Below are positions 1 through 11,157 of a DNA stretch of 64,000 bases, piece after piece (the stretch's first letter is position 1; each line of letters starts with the position of its first letter). A program made the position numbers and the translations under genes. The notes beneath the pieces are model-generated. The model was given only the letters and a program-made list of their open reading frames with translations. It did no database searches and was not told where the DNA came from. Origin of the DNA: Cytophagaceae bacterium (lineage in GTDB: Bacteria; Bacteroidota; Bacteroidia; Cytophagales; Spirosomataceae); contig SXXW01000019.1 of the NCBI GenBank assembly GCA_005791165.1, positions 17,890 to 81,889 of the forward strand, given 5' to 3'.

Positions 1-1
1 T

Positions 2-1291
2 GGAAGCTTGGCGCAGTCTTTTAGCTTAAAAGAAGCGATTGACTATGCCATCATTCACCATGTCCAAGTGAAGAATAGCCAAATTGATTTACAAAATGCA
101 GGAGCAAAAATCAATGAAATTAAAGCAATAGGTTTGCCCCAAGTTAGTGGCGGTGTTCAATTTGTGAATAATCTGATTTTGCAGCGCGTTTTTATTCCAG
201 CACGAATTTTTAACCCAACAGCTCCCGAAGGGGAATTGATTGCCGCAAAATTTGGCGTTGAAAATTCCGGATTTGCAAATGTTGGTTTGAGCCAACTCGT
301 TTTCGACGGAACGTATTTGTTGGGTTTAAAAGCATCCCAAGTGTACAAGGATCTTTCTGTGAAGGGTGTGACTCAATCCAAGCAGCAAGTGGCGGAAAAT
401 GTGACTAAAGCATATTATGGCATTTTAGTTAATGACAAGCGCATGCAATTGTTGCAGCTAAATGTTAGCCGTTTAGATTCTCTTTTAAAAGAAACTCGTG
501 CATTGAACGCACAAGGGTTTGTAGAGAAGATTGATGTTCAGCGATTAGATGTCCAAGCAAATAACCTAAAGACTGAGTTGGAGAATGTATACCGACTTCA
601 AGAAATGTCTTATTCGCTCTTGAAATTCCAAATGGGCTATCCGATGGAAGAGTCCATTCGATTAAGTGTTAGCTTAGAGCAAATTGAATTACAAAACAAT
701 TTGAATGATTTGGCTGGACCTTTTAACTATGCCAATCGCATTGAATATTCAATCTTGAAAACACAAGAAAACCTGGCTGAATTGGATCTAAAAAGCATAA
801 AGGCGGGATATTTGCCCCGGTTATTATTGAATGCTAATTATGGATATAATGCGGGAGCGAATGCTTTTGGTGATTTATTATCGAAGCAATGGTTTGATAA
901 TGCAGCTATTACAGTTTCTCTTCAAATTCCGATTTTTGACGGTAATTCTAAAAAGTACAAGGCAGTCCAATCAGCTAATAACCTTCAGAAGGTTCGCCAA
1001 AGTTTTGATTTGCTGAAATCTTCTATTGATTTCCAACGGTCTCAATCAGTGATTACGTTGAAGAACTCATTGGAGTCGCTGAAACAGCAAAAAGCGAATT
1101 TGACGCTGGCGAATGAAATTTCTCGCGTCACTCGTGTGAAATACCAACAAGGTGTTGGATCAAATCTTGAAGTTCTGAATGCAGAATCATCTATTAAAGA
1201 ATCTCAAGCAAATTATTTTACTTCTTTATACAATGCCCTAATCGCTAAAGTTGAGCTAGAAAAGGCAAATGGTACTTTATATATTGACTAA
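2..1291 (+). CDS. TolC-family outer membrane efflux protein (5' end lies before the window)
   Basis: The frame is open from base 2 (GSLAQSFSLKEAIDYA, end of a signal peptide). Two OEP repeats (LPQVSG, YLPRL, LQIPIFDG, YQQGVGSNLEVLNAE). First gene of an RND operon. Confidence 0.9.
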   Translation, partial: GSLAQSFSLKEAIDYAIIHHVQVKNSQIDLQNAGAKINEIKAIGLPQVSGGVQFVNNLILQRVFIPARIFNPTAPEGELIAAKFGVENSGFANVGLSQLVFDGTYLLGLKASQVYKDLSVKGVTQSKQQVAENVTKAYYGILVNDKRMQLLQLNVSRLDSLLKETRALNAQGFVEKIDVQRLDVQANNLKTELENVYRLQEMSYSLLKFQMGYPMEESIRLSVSLEQIELQNNLNDLAGPFNYANRIEYSILKTQENLAELDLKSIKAGYLPRLLLNANYGYNAGANAFGDLLSKQWFDNAAITVSLQIPIFDGNSKKYKAVQSANNLQKVRQSFDLLKSSIDFQRSQSVITLKNSLESLKQQKANLTLANEISRVTRVKYQQGVGSNLEVLNAESSIKESQANYFTSLYNALIAKVELEKANGTLYID

Positions 1292-1312
1292 TAAGAATTA
1301 TAACAAACACTC

Positions 1313-2422
1313 ATGAAAAAATTAATCATCCTCCTAAGTGGAATTTTAATCGTTGCCTCATGCAACAAGCCCGTTGACAAAAAACAAGAACTAGCCGATT
1401 TGAAAAATCAAGCTAAGGAAATTAATGCCAAAATTATTGCCTTAGAAAATGCCATGGGGAAAGTGGAATCAGGCGAAAATTCTAAAGTAATAGCTGTAGC
1501 TGTTAGCCCGCTAAGTCCTCAAACTTTCAAGCATTTTGTGGAAGCTCAAGGAAATGTAATCGCAGAAAATACGGTTTTAGTTAGCCCTCAGACGGGTGGA
1601 ATGATTCTTTCATTACCAGTGGTGGTCGGCCAAAATATTAGCAAGGGGCAACTAATCGCAACCCTCGATAATAACATTTTGAAAGAGTCCATGGAAGAGG
1701 TGAAACACCAATTGGCCCTAGCAAAAACGCTTTACGACAAACAAAAAACGCTTTGGGATCAGCAAATTGGAACGGAAGTTCAGTTTATTAGCGCAAAGTC
1801 AAATAAGGAATCTTTGGAAAAAAGGTTAGTTACGTTGCAGGCCCAATTAGGCTTATCTAAAGTAGTGGCGCCCATTTCAGGGACGATTGAATTAGTTAGG
1901 CAAAAGGCGGGTGAGATGGCCGCTCCAGGTTTGCCAATCGTCCAAATAGTTAACTTAGGCAATTTGAAAGTAATGGTTAAAATTGCAGACTCTTATGTGG
2001 GGACTGTAAAAACAGGCGATCCTATTGTTATTAAATTCCCAGATATTAATAAGGAGATTTCAGCTCGTATTTCATTAGTTTCTAAAATGGTTAATCCATT
2101 AACTAGAACTTTTGATGTAGAGGCTAAAATTCCAAACGGAAGTGATGTGAAACCAAACCAGTTGGCCGTCATCAACATCAACGACTCATCCAAATCAAAC
2201 GCTTTAGTGGTTAGCGAAAACATAATCCAAAAAACCGAGAAAGGTAATTTGATTTATGTGGCCACGGAAGAAAATGGCAAGAAAATTGCCAAAGCGCGCC
2301 TAGTTACCATTGGCCTTACTTTTAATGGACAAGCTGAAATTCTTACAGGGCTTCAAGCAGGTGATTTAGTCATTACTCAAGGATTCCAAGAATTAGTGGA
2401 TGGCCAATCAATTTCATTTTAA
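1313..2422 (+). CDS. RND efflux periplasmic adaptor (membrane fusion lipoprotein)
   Basis: Lipobox VASC, lipoyl-like halves (VGQNISKGQLIA, APISGTI), coiled coil; lies between TolC and the RND permease. Confidence 0.92.
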   Translation: MKKLIILLSGILIVASCNKPVDKKQELADLKNQAKEINAKIIALENAMGKVESGENSKVIAVAVSPLSPQTFKHFVEAQGNVIAENTVLVSPQTGGMILSLPVVVGQNISKGQLIATLDNNILKESMEEVKHQLALAKTLYDKQKTLWDQQIGTEVQFISAKSNKESLEKRLVTLQAQLGLSKVVAPISGTIELVRQKAGEMAAPGLPIVQIVNLGNLKVMVKIADSYVGTVKTGDPIVIKFPDINKEISARISLVSKMVNPLTRTFDVEAKIPNGSDVKPNQLAVININDSSKSNALVVSENIIQKTEKGNLIYVATEENGKKIAKARLVTIGLTFNGQAEILTGLQAGDLVITQGFQELVDGQSISF

Positions 2423-2440
2423 TTCCAAATAATTCTTAGC

Positions 2441-5400
2441 ATGGAAAAAAATTCAAAAAATGAGCAATTGCCCGAAGGCAAAGGCTTTATATATAATATG
2501 GTGGGCTGGTTAGCTCAAAATCGAACCACCGTTTACATTTTTACATTCATCATTTTTGTGGCCGGTATTGGTATTTATTCCAGCCTTCCCAAAGAGCAAT
2601 TCCCCGATATCGTTGTACCTCAAATGGTTATTCAGACGGTATACGCAGGAACCACTCCCTCGGATATTGAAAATGTAATCAACAAACCGATTGAAAAACA
2701 AATCAAATCGATTACCGGAGTTAAGCGAGTAAAATCGAATGCGCTCCAAGATATTTCGGTGATTATTGTCGAGTTTAATACAGATGTCTCCGTCCCCATT
2801 GCGAAGCAGAGGACACAAGATGCGGTAGATAAAGCGATCAGCGATCTCCCTAAAGATTTAACTCGGGAGCCTTCTGTAGCGGAAATTAATTTCTCAGAGT
2901 TCCCTATCATGAACGTGAACATCGCGGGGGATTATCCGTTGGACAAGCTGAAGAAGTATGCAGAAGATTTACAGGATGAAATTGAGGGGATGCCTGAAAT
3001 TAACCGAGTGGATATTTTGGGGGCTTTGAAAAGAGAGATTCAGGTCAATTTAGACCTCTATAAAATGCAGAGTTATGGATTGACGTTCTATGATATCCAA
3101 AGTGCTGTTCAAGGAGAAAATGTTAATATTTCAGGCGGAGATTTAGCGGTCAATGGCGTTCGCCGTTCCCTACGGGTTACCGGGGAATTAAAGTCGGTGG
3201 ACCAATTAGCTAATTTGATGGTAGGTTCATCTACGGGGGCCCGAGTAAGATTAAAAGATGTGGCCGAGGTGGTTGATAGCTATGAAGAAAAGCAGGATTT
3301 TGCTCGACTAAACAACAAATCCGTGATTACGCTAAACGTTATCAAAAGGGGAGGGGCGAATTTAATTGAAGCCGCGGATCGCATTGAAAAGACGATTGAA
3401 GAATTTAAGAAGACTAGATTTCCGAGTGGATTAGTGGTGACGGTTACGGCGGATTCTTCCGAAAGAACGCGTGGCGACTTAGCGGATTTGATTAACACCG
3501 TAATCCTTGGATTCTTGTTTGTGGTGATTGTATTAATGTTCTTTATGGGAGTTCGTGATGCGGTGTTCGTAGGACTTTCTGTTCCTCTTTCTGCTTTATT
3601 GACCTTTCTATTTATGCCAAGTTTGGATTTCACCTTGAATACCATTGTTCTCTTTGGATTTTTATTAGGCCTGGGAATTGTCGTGGATGATGCCATTGTG
3701 GTGATTGAAAATGCACATAGATTATTCAATAATTTTAAGAAATTGACGATTGTTGAGGCCGTTAAATTGGCCGCGTCGGAAGTTTTTGTTCCAGTTTTGA
3801 CAGGTACTTTAACAACGATTTCCCCATTTTTACCTTTGCTTTTCTGGCCAGGTATCGTAGGGGAATTCATGAAATACCTGCCTATCACGTTAATTATCAC
3901 CTTATTTGCCTCGCTATTTGTGGCTTATGTGATGAACCCAGTGTTTGCCGTATCCTTTATGAAACGTCATGATGAGGAAGCGAACGATGTAAAAGCTCCA
4001 AAATTTGCGGACATCCGTCGAACAGTATTTATCCTGTTAAGCTTGGCTATTTTTGGATATGTGATTGGTTTTGGGCTAGGGCACTTTGGCTTTGGTAATT
4101 TCTTTGTTTTTGCTCTTTTATTATATGTGTTTAATCATTTTGTGATTACGCCTAAGTGGGTGGTTCCGTTCCAAGAAACGGCTTTGCCAGCTTTTAAAAA
4201 TAATTATCGCCGATTGATTTCATGGGTATTGACCGGTAAAAGGTCTATTTATGTTACCTTGGCGGCGTTTTTATTGTTGGTATTTACCTTCGTCTTGATG
4301 GGCATTGTCAAACCTAAAGTGGTCTTTTTCCCATCCGGTGATCCAGATTATATCTATATCTATTCGAAGAATCCAATCGGTACAGATGCGGTGGTTACTG
4401 ACTCGATCACGAAAGTGATTGAAAATCGGGTTTTTGCGTTCATCAAAAAAGAAGGCTACGCAAAAATCGTAAATTCTGTGATTTCAAACGTGGGTAAAAA
4501 TGCCGGAGATCCGATGAACCCTGACCGCGGCGCTACTCCTCATAAGAGTAAAGTAACGATCGCCTTTGAGAAATTGCAATTGCGTGATGGAATTAAAACG
4601 GGAGAAGTGTTAAATAAAATTCAAAAGGAATTTTTTAGCAACCCCATTCCGGGTGTTGAAATGGCCATTGAACGCGAAAGCAATGGGCCGCCAACAGGGA
4701 AACCTATTTCGATCGAAATTGCCGGAGATGATTTTACGATTCTTCAGGATTTAGAAAAGAAAGTACGCCAATCGATCATTAAAGCGGGTGTTCAAGGAAT
4801 TCAGGAATTGAAGTCTGACTTGGTGACCAATAAACCAGAAATTATCATAGATGTGAATCGTGAAAAAGCGTCTCGTGAGGGTATTTCATCCGCTCAGGTG
4901 GCTATGGCGATTCGAACGGGATTATTTGGTAGCGAGATTTCTAAATTCCGCGACTTAAAGGATGAGTATCCAATCCAATTAAGATTAAAAGGCGATTCGA
5001 GAAATCAGATTGAGAAATTGCTTTCAATGAATATCACTTATCGAGATATGAATATGGGTGGGGCTTTACGTCAAGTTCCTTTGAACTCTATTGCCGATAT
5101 TCACTACGCGACGTCGTTTAGTCAGATTAACAGAAAAAATCAGGAACGTGTAATTACTTTAGGTTCCGATGTGGTTCAGGGGTATAATGCCAATGAAATT
5201 GTGGGCGAGCTAACAACTTTATTTGAAACCTTAGATGTTCCGCAAGGCTATAAAATTAGAATGGGAGGCGAGCAAGAAGACCAAAAAGAAGCAGGTGCAT
5301 TCTTAGGGATTGCATTCCTTGCCGCATTGATTTTGATTTATTTAATTCTGGCCACCCAATTTAATTCTGCCGTTAAACCACTCATTATTTTTGCCACGAT

Positions 5401-5860
5401 ATTATTATCGTTGATTGGTGTATTATTAGGCTTTATGGCTTTTGGAATGACCTTTTCGATTATCATGTCGGGTGTAGGTGTAATCGCCTTAGCTGGTATT
5501 GTGGTTAAAAATGGAATTTTGCTCATTGAATTTATTGAAGAACTTAGGTTAAAACGTGGCTATGATTTGAAAGAAGCCATTATTGAGGGTGGCGGTATCC
5601 GCTTAACTCCGGTTTTATTAACTGCTTCAGCGGCTGTTTTGGGACTTATTCCACTAGCCTTAGGCCTAAGCATTGATTTTACAACGTTGTTTACGGAACT
5701 AGATCCACATCTTTTTATAGGCTCTGATTCCGCAGTTTTTTGGGGTGTTTTAGCTTGGACCATCATTTTTGGTTTAACTTTTTCTACCGTCTTGACATTG
5801 ATCATCGTTCCTTGTATGTATTACATTTCAGAACGTATTAAACAAAAATGGCGTAATTAA
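2441..5860 (+). CDS. RND efflux permease (AcrB/AcrD/AcrF family)
   Basis: 1139 aa. TM4 GIVVDDAIVVIEN, TM10 GIVVKNGILLIEF, RLTPVLLT. Confidence 0.95.
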   Translation: MEKNSKNEQLPEGKGFIYNMVGWLAQNRTTVYIFTFIIFVAGIGIYSSLPKEQFPDIVVPQMVIQTVYAGTTPSDIENVINKPIEKQIKSITGVKRVKSNALQDISVIIVEFNTDVSVPIAKQRTQDAVDKAISDLPKDLTREPSVAEINFSEFPIMNVNIAGDYPLDKLKKYAEDLQDEIEGMPEINRVDILGALKREIQVNLDLYKMQSYGLTFYDIQSAVQGENVNISGGDLAVNGVRRSLRVTGELKSVDQLANLMVGSSTGARVRLKDVAEVVDSYEEKQDFARLNNKSVITLNVIKRGGANLIEAADRIEKTIEEFKKTRFPSGLVVTVTADSSERTRGDLADLINTVILGFLFVVIVLMFFMGVRDAVFVGLSVPLSALLTFLFMPSLDFTLNTIVLFGFLLGLGIVVDDAIVVIENAHRLFNNFKKLTIVEAVKLAASEVFVPVLTGTLTTISPFLPLLFWPGIVGEFMKYLPITLIITLFASLFVAYVMNPVFAVSFMKRHDEEANDVKAPKFADIRRTVFILLSLAIFGYVIGFGLGHFGFGNFFVFALLLYVFNHFVITPKWVVPFQETALPAFKNNYRRLISWVLTGKRSIYVTLAAFLLLVFTFVLMGIVKPKVVFFPSGDPDYIYIYSKNPIGTDAVVTDSITKVIENRVFAFIKKEGYAKIVNSVISNVGKNAGDPMNPDRGATPHKSKVTIAFEKLQLRDGIKTGEVLNKIQKEFFSNPIPGVEMAIERESNGPPTGKPISIEIAGDDFTILQDLEKKVRQSIIKAGVQGIQELKSDLVTNKPEIIIDVNREKASREGISSAQVAMAIRTGLFGSEISKFRDLKDEYPIQLRLKGDSRNQIEKLLSMNITYRDMNMGGALRQVPLNSIADIHYATSFSQINRKNQERVITLGSDVVQGYNANEIVGELTTLFETLDVPQGYKIRMGGEQEDQKEAGAFLGIAFLAALILIYLILATQFNSAVKPLIIFATILLSLIGVLLGFMAFGMTFSIIMSGVGVIALAGIVVKNGILLIEFIEELRLKRGYDLKEAIIEGGGIRLTPVLLTASAAVLGLIPLALGLSIDFTTLFTELDPHLFIGSDSAVFWGVLAWTIIFGLTFSTVLTLIIVPCMYYISERIKQKWRN

Positions 5861-5883
5861 TTTGGTTATTTGGGTTGAAATTC

Positions 5884-5920
5884 AAAATCCTGCACAAACA
5901 TTTGTGCGGGATTTTTGTTT
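5884..5920 (+). terminator. Intrinsic terminator of the RND operon
   Basis: AAAATCCTGCACAAA-CA-TTTGTGCGGGATTTT hairpin followed by a T-rich tract. Confidence 0.8.
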
Positions 5921-6046
5921 AAAATGGAAAGCTATTTTCTTCGAAAATCCTTCTGATTCTCTTGAAGGTTTTAAGCTTTACCAAACCTATAAGTTGGCAA
6001 AGCCAGGGAATTTAATTTATCTTAGGGGTACAAAAACTGATATTCT

Positions 6047-7735
6047 ATGAAGTACTATTTACTATTTTTCTTATTGCCTTTCGCACTTTTTTCACAGGAC
6101 AGACCTTATGGAAAATTATGGGCGACTCGATCTCAGGTGATCGCCCAGAATGGAATGGCGGCGACTTCAAATCCCTTATCGACCCAAGTGGCGCTCGATG
6201 TGTTAAAGGCTGGGGGGAATGCCATTGATGCTGCCATCGCTGCAAATGCCATGGAAGGTGTTGTGGAGCCTCATGTAAATGGCATTGGAGGAGATTTATT
6301 TGCAATTGTTTGGGATGCTAAATCCAAAAAACTATATGGGCTAAACGGTTCTGGGAGATCACCAAAATCCCTAACCTTGGCTGAATTTAAAAAACGAGGC
6401 CTTAAGTTTATTCCTTCCACTGGCCCATTGCCTGTCAGTGTTCCGGGATGTGTGGACGCCTGGTTTGAATTACACAAAAAGTTCGGCTCTATGCCCATGT
6501 CGAAGGTCCTCGAAAAAGCGGTTTCATATGCAAGAAATGGCTTTCCAGTACATGGAGAATTCGCTTCTGCCTTAACGAGGGTTCAGGCGAATTATGGTAA
6601 ATACCCGAATGTGGATAAGCACTATTATCCAAATGGCAAGGTAGCAGGAGAAGGGGATATTTTTAAGAATCCGAATTTAGGCAATACTTTGGAGCGTTTA
6701 GGAAAAGAAGGCCGAGATGTTTTTTACAAAGGCGATATGGCTAAAACCATGGATGCTTTTATGAAAAAAAATGGTGGATTTTTGAGTTATGAAGACTTAG
6801 CGTCGCATACTTCTACTTGGATTGATCCAGTTTCCGTTAATTACCGCGGCTATGATGTGTGGGAATTACCGCCCAATGGCCAGGGAATCGCAGCTTTACA
6901 GATGTTGAATATCTTAGAAGGATATGATTTTTCTAAAATCAAGGTAGGAAGCGCGGAACATATTCACCTATTTACTGAAGCAAAAAAATTGGTTTTTGAA
7001 GACAGAGCCAAGTATTATGCGGATATGGACTTTGCCAAAATACCTGTAAAAAGTTTAATTTCTAAAGTATATGCTGCGGAAAGACGCAAGTTGATCAACC
7101 CAAATCGTGCATCAAAACACTTCGATGCTGGAAATCCAGCATTAAAAGATGGGGATACGATTTACTTGACGGTGGCCGACAAAGATGGCAATATGGTATC
7201 CTTAATTCAAAGTAATTATCGGGGCTTTGGTTCCGGCATGATGCCAGACGGCTTAGGATTTATGTTTCAAGATCGTGGAGAAATGTATAGTTTGAATGAT
7301 GGAGAGAATAATACCTATGCTCCTGGCAAGAGACCTTTCCATACGATCATCCCAGCTTTTATGACCAAGGATGGACAGCCAATCATGTCTTTTGGTGTGA
7401 TGGGGGGAGCTTATCAGCCGATGGGACACACGCAAATAGTGATGAATGTCGTGGATTTTGGTATGAATGTGCAAGAGGCTGGCGACTTTCCTAGAATTAA
7501 TCACGAGGGTTCTTCAGAGCCTACAGGGGAGATTATGGAGCCAACGGGCGGTACGATTACGCTAGAAAGTGGATATCCTTATGAAATAATAAGGGAGCTT
7601 TTGCAGAAAGGGCACCAAGTAGGTTTTATGAATGGAATTTATGGGGGATACCAATGCATCCGCTATGATCCAATCCGGAAAGTATATTTTGGTGGAACCG
7701 AATCTAGGAAAGATGGACAGGCCGCAGGGTACTAA
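6047..7735 (+). CDS. ggt: Gamma-glutamyltransferase
   Basis: Signal peptide, GGNAIDAAIAA, NGIGGDLF, VSVPG, nucleophile Thr in GDTIYL, PGKRPFHTIIP, GVMGG. Confidence 0.93.
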   Translation: MKYYLLFFLLPFALFSQDRPYGKLWATRSQVIAQNGMAATSNPLSTQVALDVLKAGGNAIDAAIAANAMEGVVEPHVNGIGGDLFAIVWDAKSKKLYGLNGSGRSPKSLTLAEFKKRGLKFIPSTGPLPVSVPGCVDAWFELHKKFGSMPMSKVLEKAVSYARNGFPVHGEFASALTRVQANYGKYPNVDKHYYPNGKVAGEGDIFKNPNLGNTLERLGKEGRDVFYKGDMAKTMDAFMKKNGGFLSYEDLASHTSTWIDPVSVNYRGYDVWELPPNGQGIAALQMLNILEGYDFSKIKVGSAEHIHLFTEAKKLVFEDRAKYYADMDFAKIPVKSLISKVYAAERRKLINPNRASKHFDAGNPALKDGDTIYLTVADKDGNMVSLIQSNYRGFGSGMMPDGLGFMFQDRGEMYSLNDGENNTYAPGKRPFHTIIPAFMTKDGQPIMSFGVMGGAYQPMGHTQIVMNVVDFGMNVQEAGDFPRINHEGSSEPTGEIMEPTGGTITLESGYPYEIIRELLQKGHQVGFMNGIYGGYQCIRYDPIRKVYFGGTESRKDGQAAGY

Positions 7736-7740
7736 TTTTT

Positions 7741-8826
7741 ATGCAAGAAATCAGATTTGACAAGATTTTTACCGGTTCAGAATGGATTCGAGATAGGTCG
7801 ATTGCAATCAAAGATGGAAGAGTAAAAACCATTTCATCCGCGGAGGGTAACAGCATCAAAAATGGCTTTTTATGTGCTGGATTTATCGACCTTCAGTTGT
7901 ATGGAGGAGGCGGAAAATTATTTTCAAACCAAGCGACCACCGAATGCATTACGTCAACATTTGAGGAACATATAAAAACGGGAACAGTTGCATTTCAAAT
8001 TACCCTGAACTGTTCACCCAAAAATACCATGTCACAAGCGATCCAAGCTTGTAAAAATTACCAAGGGAAAGGACTTGTAGGCTTACATTTAGAAGGACCT
8101 TTTTTTAATCCGGTTCGTCGGGGTGCACACCAAGAAGAATTTGTTCAAAAGCCGGATATGGCTTTTATTGAGTCGTTAATTGCCGAGACCGATGGCTTGC
8201 CGACCTACCTAACCATTGCCCCAGAAATGTTTGAATCTGCAGTTTTGGATCGATTAGTGGATAGTCCCATCATGGTTTCTATTGGGCATTCTGAAGCGAG
8301 TTTTGACCAAGCAATGGGAGCTATTGAAAAGGGAATTACAAGAATCACCCATTTGTTTAATGCCATGTCCCAATGGCAAAGTCGGGTATTGGGTATCGTG
8401 GGAGCCAGTTTTTCTTCTAATGCATGGACGAGTATTATCGTTGACGGTCAACATTGTGATTTCGAATCAGTCAAATTAGCCAAAAAGCTTAAAGGGGATC
8501 GATTGTTTTTAATTACAGATGCCGTGACAAACGACGTTTCAGGCCCTTATTTTTTTTCGCAGACGGATGGGCGCTTTACCAATGATGCGGGGACATTATC
8601 GGGATCTAGCTTGACGATGCAACAAGCCGTTCAAAATTGTGTAGAAAACGTAGGCATTCCGTTGGAAGAAGCGATTCGAATGGCTACCATTTACCCGGCA
8701 AAAGTGGCAAACTTAGACCCAGATTTAGGGAGTATTGAGGTTGGGAAACGTGCTTGTTTCATTCATTTTTCAGATGACCTCACAATCCAGCAAGTTTGGT
8801 ATGATGGCGAACCCTGTATAAATTAG
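7741..8826 (+). CDS. nagA: N-acetylglucosamine-6-phosphate deacetylase
   Basis: GFIDLQLYG, GLHLEGPF, RGAH, GHS, THLFNAM, LITDA, GTLSGS. Confidence 0.92.
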   Translation: MQEIRFDKIFTGSEWIRDRSIAIKDGRVKTISSAEGNSIKNGFLCAGFIDLQLYGGGGKLFSNQATTECITSTFEEHIKTGTVAFQITLNCSPKNTMSQAIQACKNYQGKGLVGLHLEGPFFNPVRRGAHQEEFVQKPDMAFIESLIAETDGLPTYLTIAPEMFESAVLDRLVDSPIMVSIGHSEASFDQAMGAIEKGITRITHLFNAMSQWQSRVLGIVGASFSSNAWTSIIVDGQHCDFESVKLAKKLKGDRLFLITDAVTNDVSGPYFFSQTDGRFTNDAGTLSGSSLTMQQAVQNCVENVGIPLEEAIRMATIYPAKVANLDPDLGSIEVGKRACFIHFSDDLTIQQVWYDGEPCIN

Positions 8827-8830
8827 CAGC

Positions 8831-9976
8831 ATGATTACATTTCCATCTAAGCAACCTTTTGTTGCAACGACCATATTTACCAAAATGTCTCAAATGGCCT
8901 CAGATGAAGGGGCTTTAAATTTAGCTCAAGGCTTTCCGAGTTTCGATTGCTCTGATGCGTTGCAAGATCTAGTTAAATTTTATTCCAAAGGACACAATCA
9001 ATATTCACCTATGGCGGGTGTTCCAGGCCTCAAAATTAGTATCGCAGCTAAAACGGAATCATTTTATGGTGTTTCATTAGATGCCCATACGGAGGTTACT
9101 GTGGTTTCTGGAGCTACGGAGGCTATTTTTGCGTCGATCCATTGCTGTGTTTTTCCGGGCGATGAGGTAATCATGTTTGATCCTTCCTATGATGCGTATG
9201 ATCCCATTGTCCGATTAGCCGGTGGAATTCCTATTCATATTTCGTTAAAAGCGTCTAATGGTTATAAGATCGATTGGGATGAATTAGCTCGCCATATCAC
9301 GCCTAAAACGAAGGCGATTATGGTCAATTCGCCACATAATCCAACGGGCGCGATTTGGGATCCATCGGATTTAGATGCTTTTGCCAATGTTGTTAAAGGA
9401 ACCCAAATTTTAATTGTTTCAGACGAAGTATACGAACATATCGTTTTTGATGGGGCTTCGCATGCCAGTGTTTTGTTGCATCCCGAATTGAGAAAAAGGA
9501 GTTTTGTTTGTGGCTCTTTTGGCAAAACTTTTCATGTAACCGGTTGGAAAATGGGCTATTGCCTAGCCTCTCCCTTTCTAACGGCGGAATTTCGAAAATT
9601 GCACCAGTGGGTTACTTTTTCGAGTGCCACCCCTTTGCAATATGCACTAGCTGAGTACTTAAAAGACCCCAATAATTACCTTCCATTAAGTTCTTTTTAT
9701 CAAAAAAAGCGCGATTTATTTGCCAGTTTTTTCGTGAATTCTCGTTGGAAAATTTTACCAAGTCACGGAAGCTTTTTTCAATGTTTAGATTACAGCGCGA
9801 TAACGGATGAAAAGGATGTTGACCTAGCCGACCGTTATACCAAAGAATTAAAAGTAGCTTCCATCCCCGTTTCCGTTTTTTATGAAACCCCACCTGAGGA
9901 TAAGATATTACGATTTTGTTTTGCCAAAGACGATGCCATGCTGGAAGAAGCAGGTCGAAAATTAGCTGCTTTATAG
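8831..9976 (+). CDS. PLP-dependent class I aminotransferase (YbdL/methionine aminotransferase type)
   Basis: TTIFTKMS, NLAQGFP, NSPHNPTG, SDEVYEH, SFGKTFHVTGWKMGY, LRFCFAK. Confidence 0.88.
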   Translation: MITFPSKQPFVATTIFTKMSQMASDEGALNLAQGFPSFDCSDALQDLVKFYSKGHNQYSPMAGVPGLKISIAAKTESFYGVSLDAHTEVTVVSGATEAIFASIHCCVFPGDEVIMFDPSYDAYDPIVRLAGGIPIHISLKASNGYKIDWDELARHITPKTKAIMVNSPHNPTGAIWDPSDLDAFANVVKGTQILIVSDEVYEHIVFDGASHASVLLHPELRKRSFVCGSFGKTFHVTGWKMGYCLASPFLTAEFRKLHQWVTFSSATPLQYALAEYLKDPNNYLPLSSFYQKKRDLFASFFVNSRWKILPSHGSFFQCLDYSAITDEKDVDLADRYTKELKVASIPVSVFYETPPEDKILRFCFAKDDAMLEEAGRKLAAL

Positions 9977-11095
9977 ATATTTTAGGGCTATTTCTTCTCC
10001 CAATTGTTCTAAGTAGATGGCTGCATTTGTCATGGAATCTTTCGGGTTTTTCGCTTTAGATAAAACTGAGTAAACCTCCTTCGAATCAAAAAATATCGGC
10101 AGTTTTTCCGGATCTTCAAAAACACCACAAACTAGAATGGCTTGTTTGAATTGTTTGTCGCACCGAGCGATTACCTGCGAAATTAATTTACCTCCCCAGG
10201 TTTGTCCATCTATTTTACCCTCACCTGTAATGATATAATCAGCCTTTTTTACTGCTCGGTCAAAGTGAATTTTAGTTAATAGCCATTCCGCGCCCATTGC
10301 AATTTCAGCTTGTAGAAAATAGATGGCGCCCGCACCTAAACCGCCAGCAGCGCCAGCACCTTTCATCTCGCCAATGATCTCTTTTTCTGTTATGCCAATT
10401 AGTTTTTGCATATTAATTAGACCTTTGTCTAAATATTTAATCATCTCTGCATTCGCTCCTTTTTGTTTGGCAAAAACATACGCGGCACCTTCTTTTCCGG
10501 CTAATGGATTTTGCACGTCGGTGATTACTTTAAACTTTATGCCTTGGATTTTATGTATTATTGGGCTTGGTATGATTGAGTGGATTAGTGCTAAACTTTC
10601 CCCTATCGCCTTTAGTTCTTCTTTTTCTTTGTTTAAAAATCTGAATCCTAGAGCTGCTGCCATGCCTATTCCAGCATCATTGGTAGCTGATCCCCCTACG
10701 GTTAAAATGATTTCAATGGCTCCTTTTTCGATGGCATCTAGAATTAATTCTCCTGTTCCAAAAGTGCTCGTTAAATACGGATTTCTTTCTTTGATTTTTA
10801 AAAGCTCTATGCCAGAGGCTCTTGACATTTCGATGTAGGCTATTTTTTGGTCAGCCAGCCATAGGTAGTTGGCCTTAATGGGCCTAAACAAAGGATCATT
10901 TACCTTTTTTTGAATCCATTCGCCTCCATGAATGGTTTTGATGACTTCTAATGTGCCTTCTCCTCCATCTGCTAAGGGCATCAACTGAATTACGGATTTG
11001 GGTCTTCGCTTTTTTATGCCTATTTCCAAAGCCTCGCAAACTTGTTGGGCCGTCAGGGAATCTTTAAACTTATCAGGGCAAATTAGAATGTTCAT
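9971..11095 (-). CDS. Glycerate kinase (GlxK/GarK family)
   Basis: PDKFKDSL, ADGGEGT, GGSATNDAG, GAAGGLG, ITGEGKIDGQT. The ATG at 11095 is preferred over the ORF-track start 11116. Confidence 0.92.
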   Translation of the reverse strand: MNILICPDKFKDSLTAQQVCEALEIGIKKRRPKSVIQLMPLADGGEGTLEVIKTIHGGEWIQKKVNDPLFRPIKANYLWLADQKIAYIEMSRASGIELLKIKERNPYLTSTFGTGELILDAIEKGAIEIILTVGGSATNDAGIGMAAALGFRFLNKEKEELKAIGESLALIHSIIPSPIIHKIQGIKFKVITDVQNPLAGKEGAAYVFAKQKGANAEMIKYLDKGLINMQKLIGITEKEIIGEMKGAGAAGGLGAGAIYFLQAEIAMGAEWLLTKIHFDRAVKKADYIITGEGKIDGQTWGGKLISQVIARCDKQFKQAILVCGVFEDPEKLPIFFDSKEVYSVLSKAKNPKDSMTNAAIYLEQLGEEIALKYL

Positions 11096-11157
11096 ATAAT
11101 CGAAAGGATGCCCCAATTTACGTACAATTCTTTACTTTTGTATTCTACAAAATATTT

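Noticed and set aside
3280-3900. 206-aa minus-strand ORF and other short ORFs overlapping long genes (e.g. 10323-10838, 42533-42859, 48141-48422)
   Set aside because: They are antisense or alternate-frame shadows of well-supported genes, with no motifs of their own.
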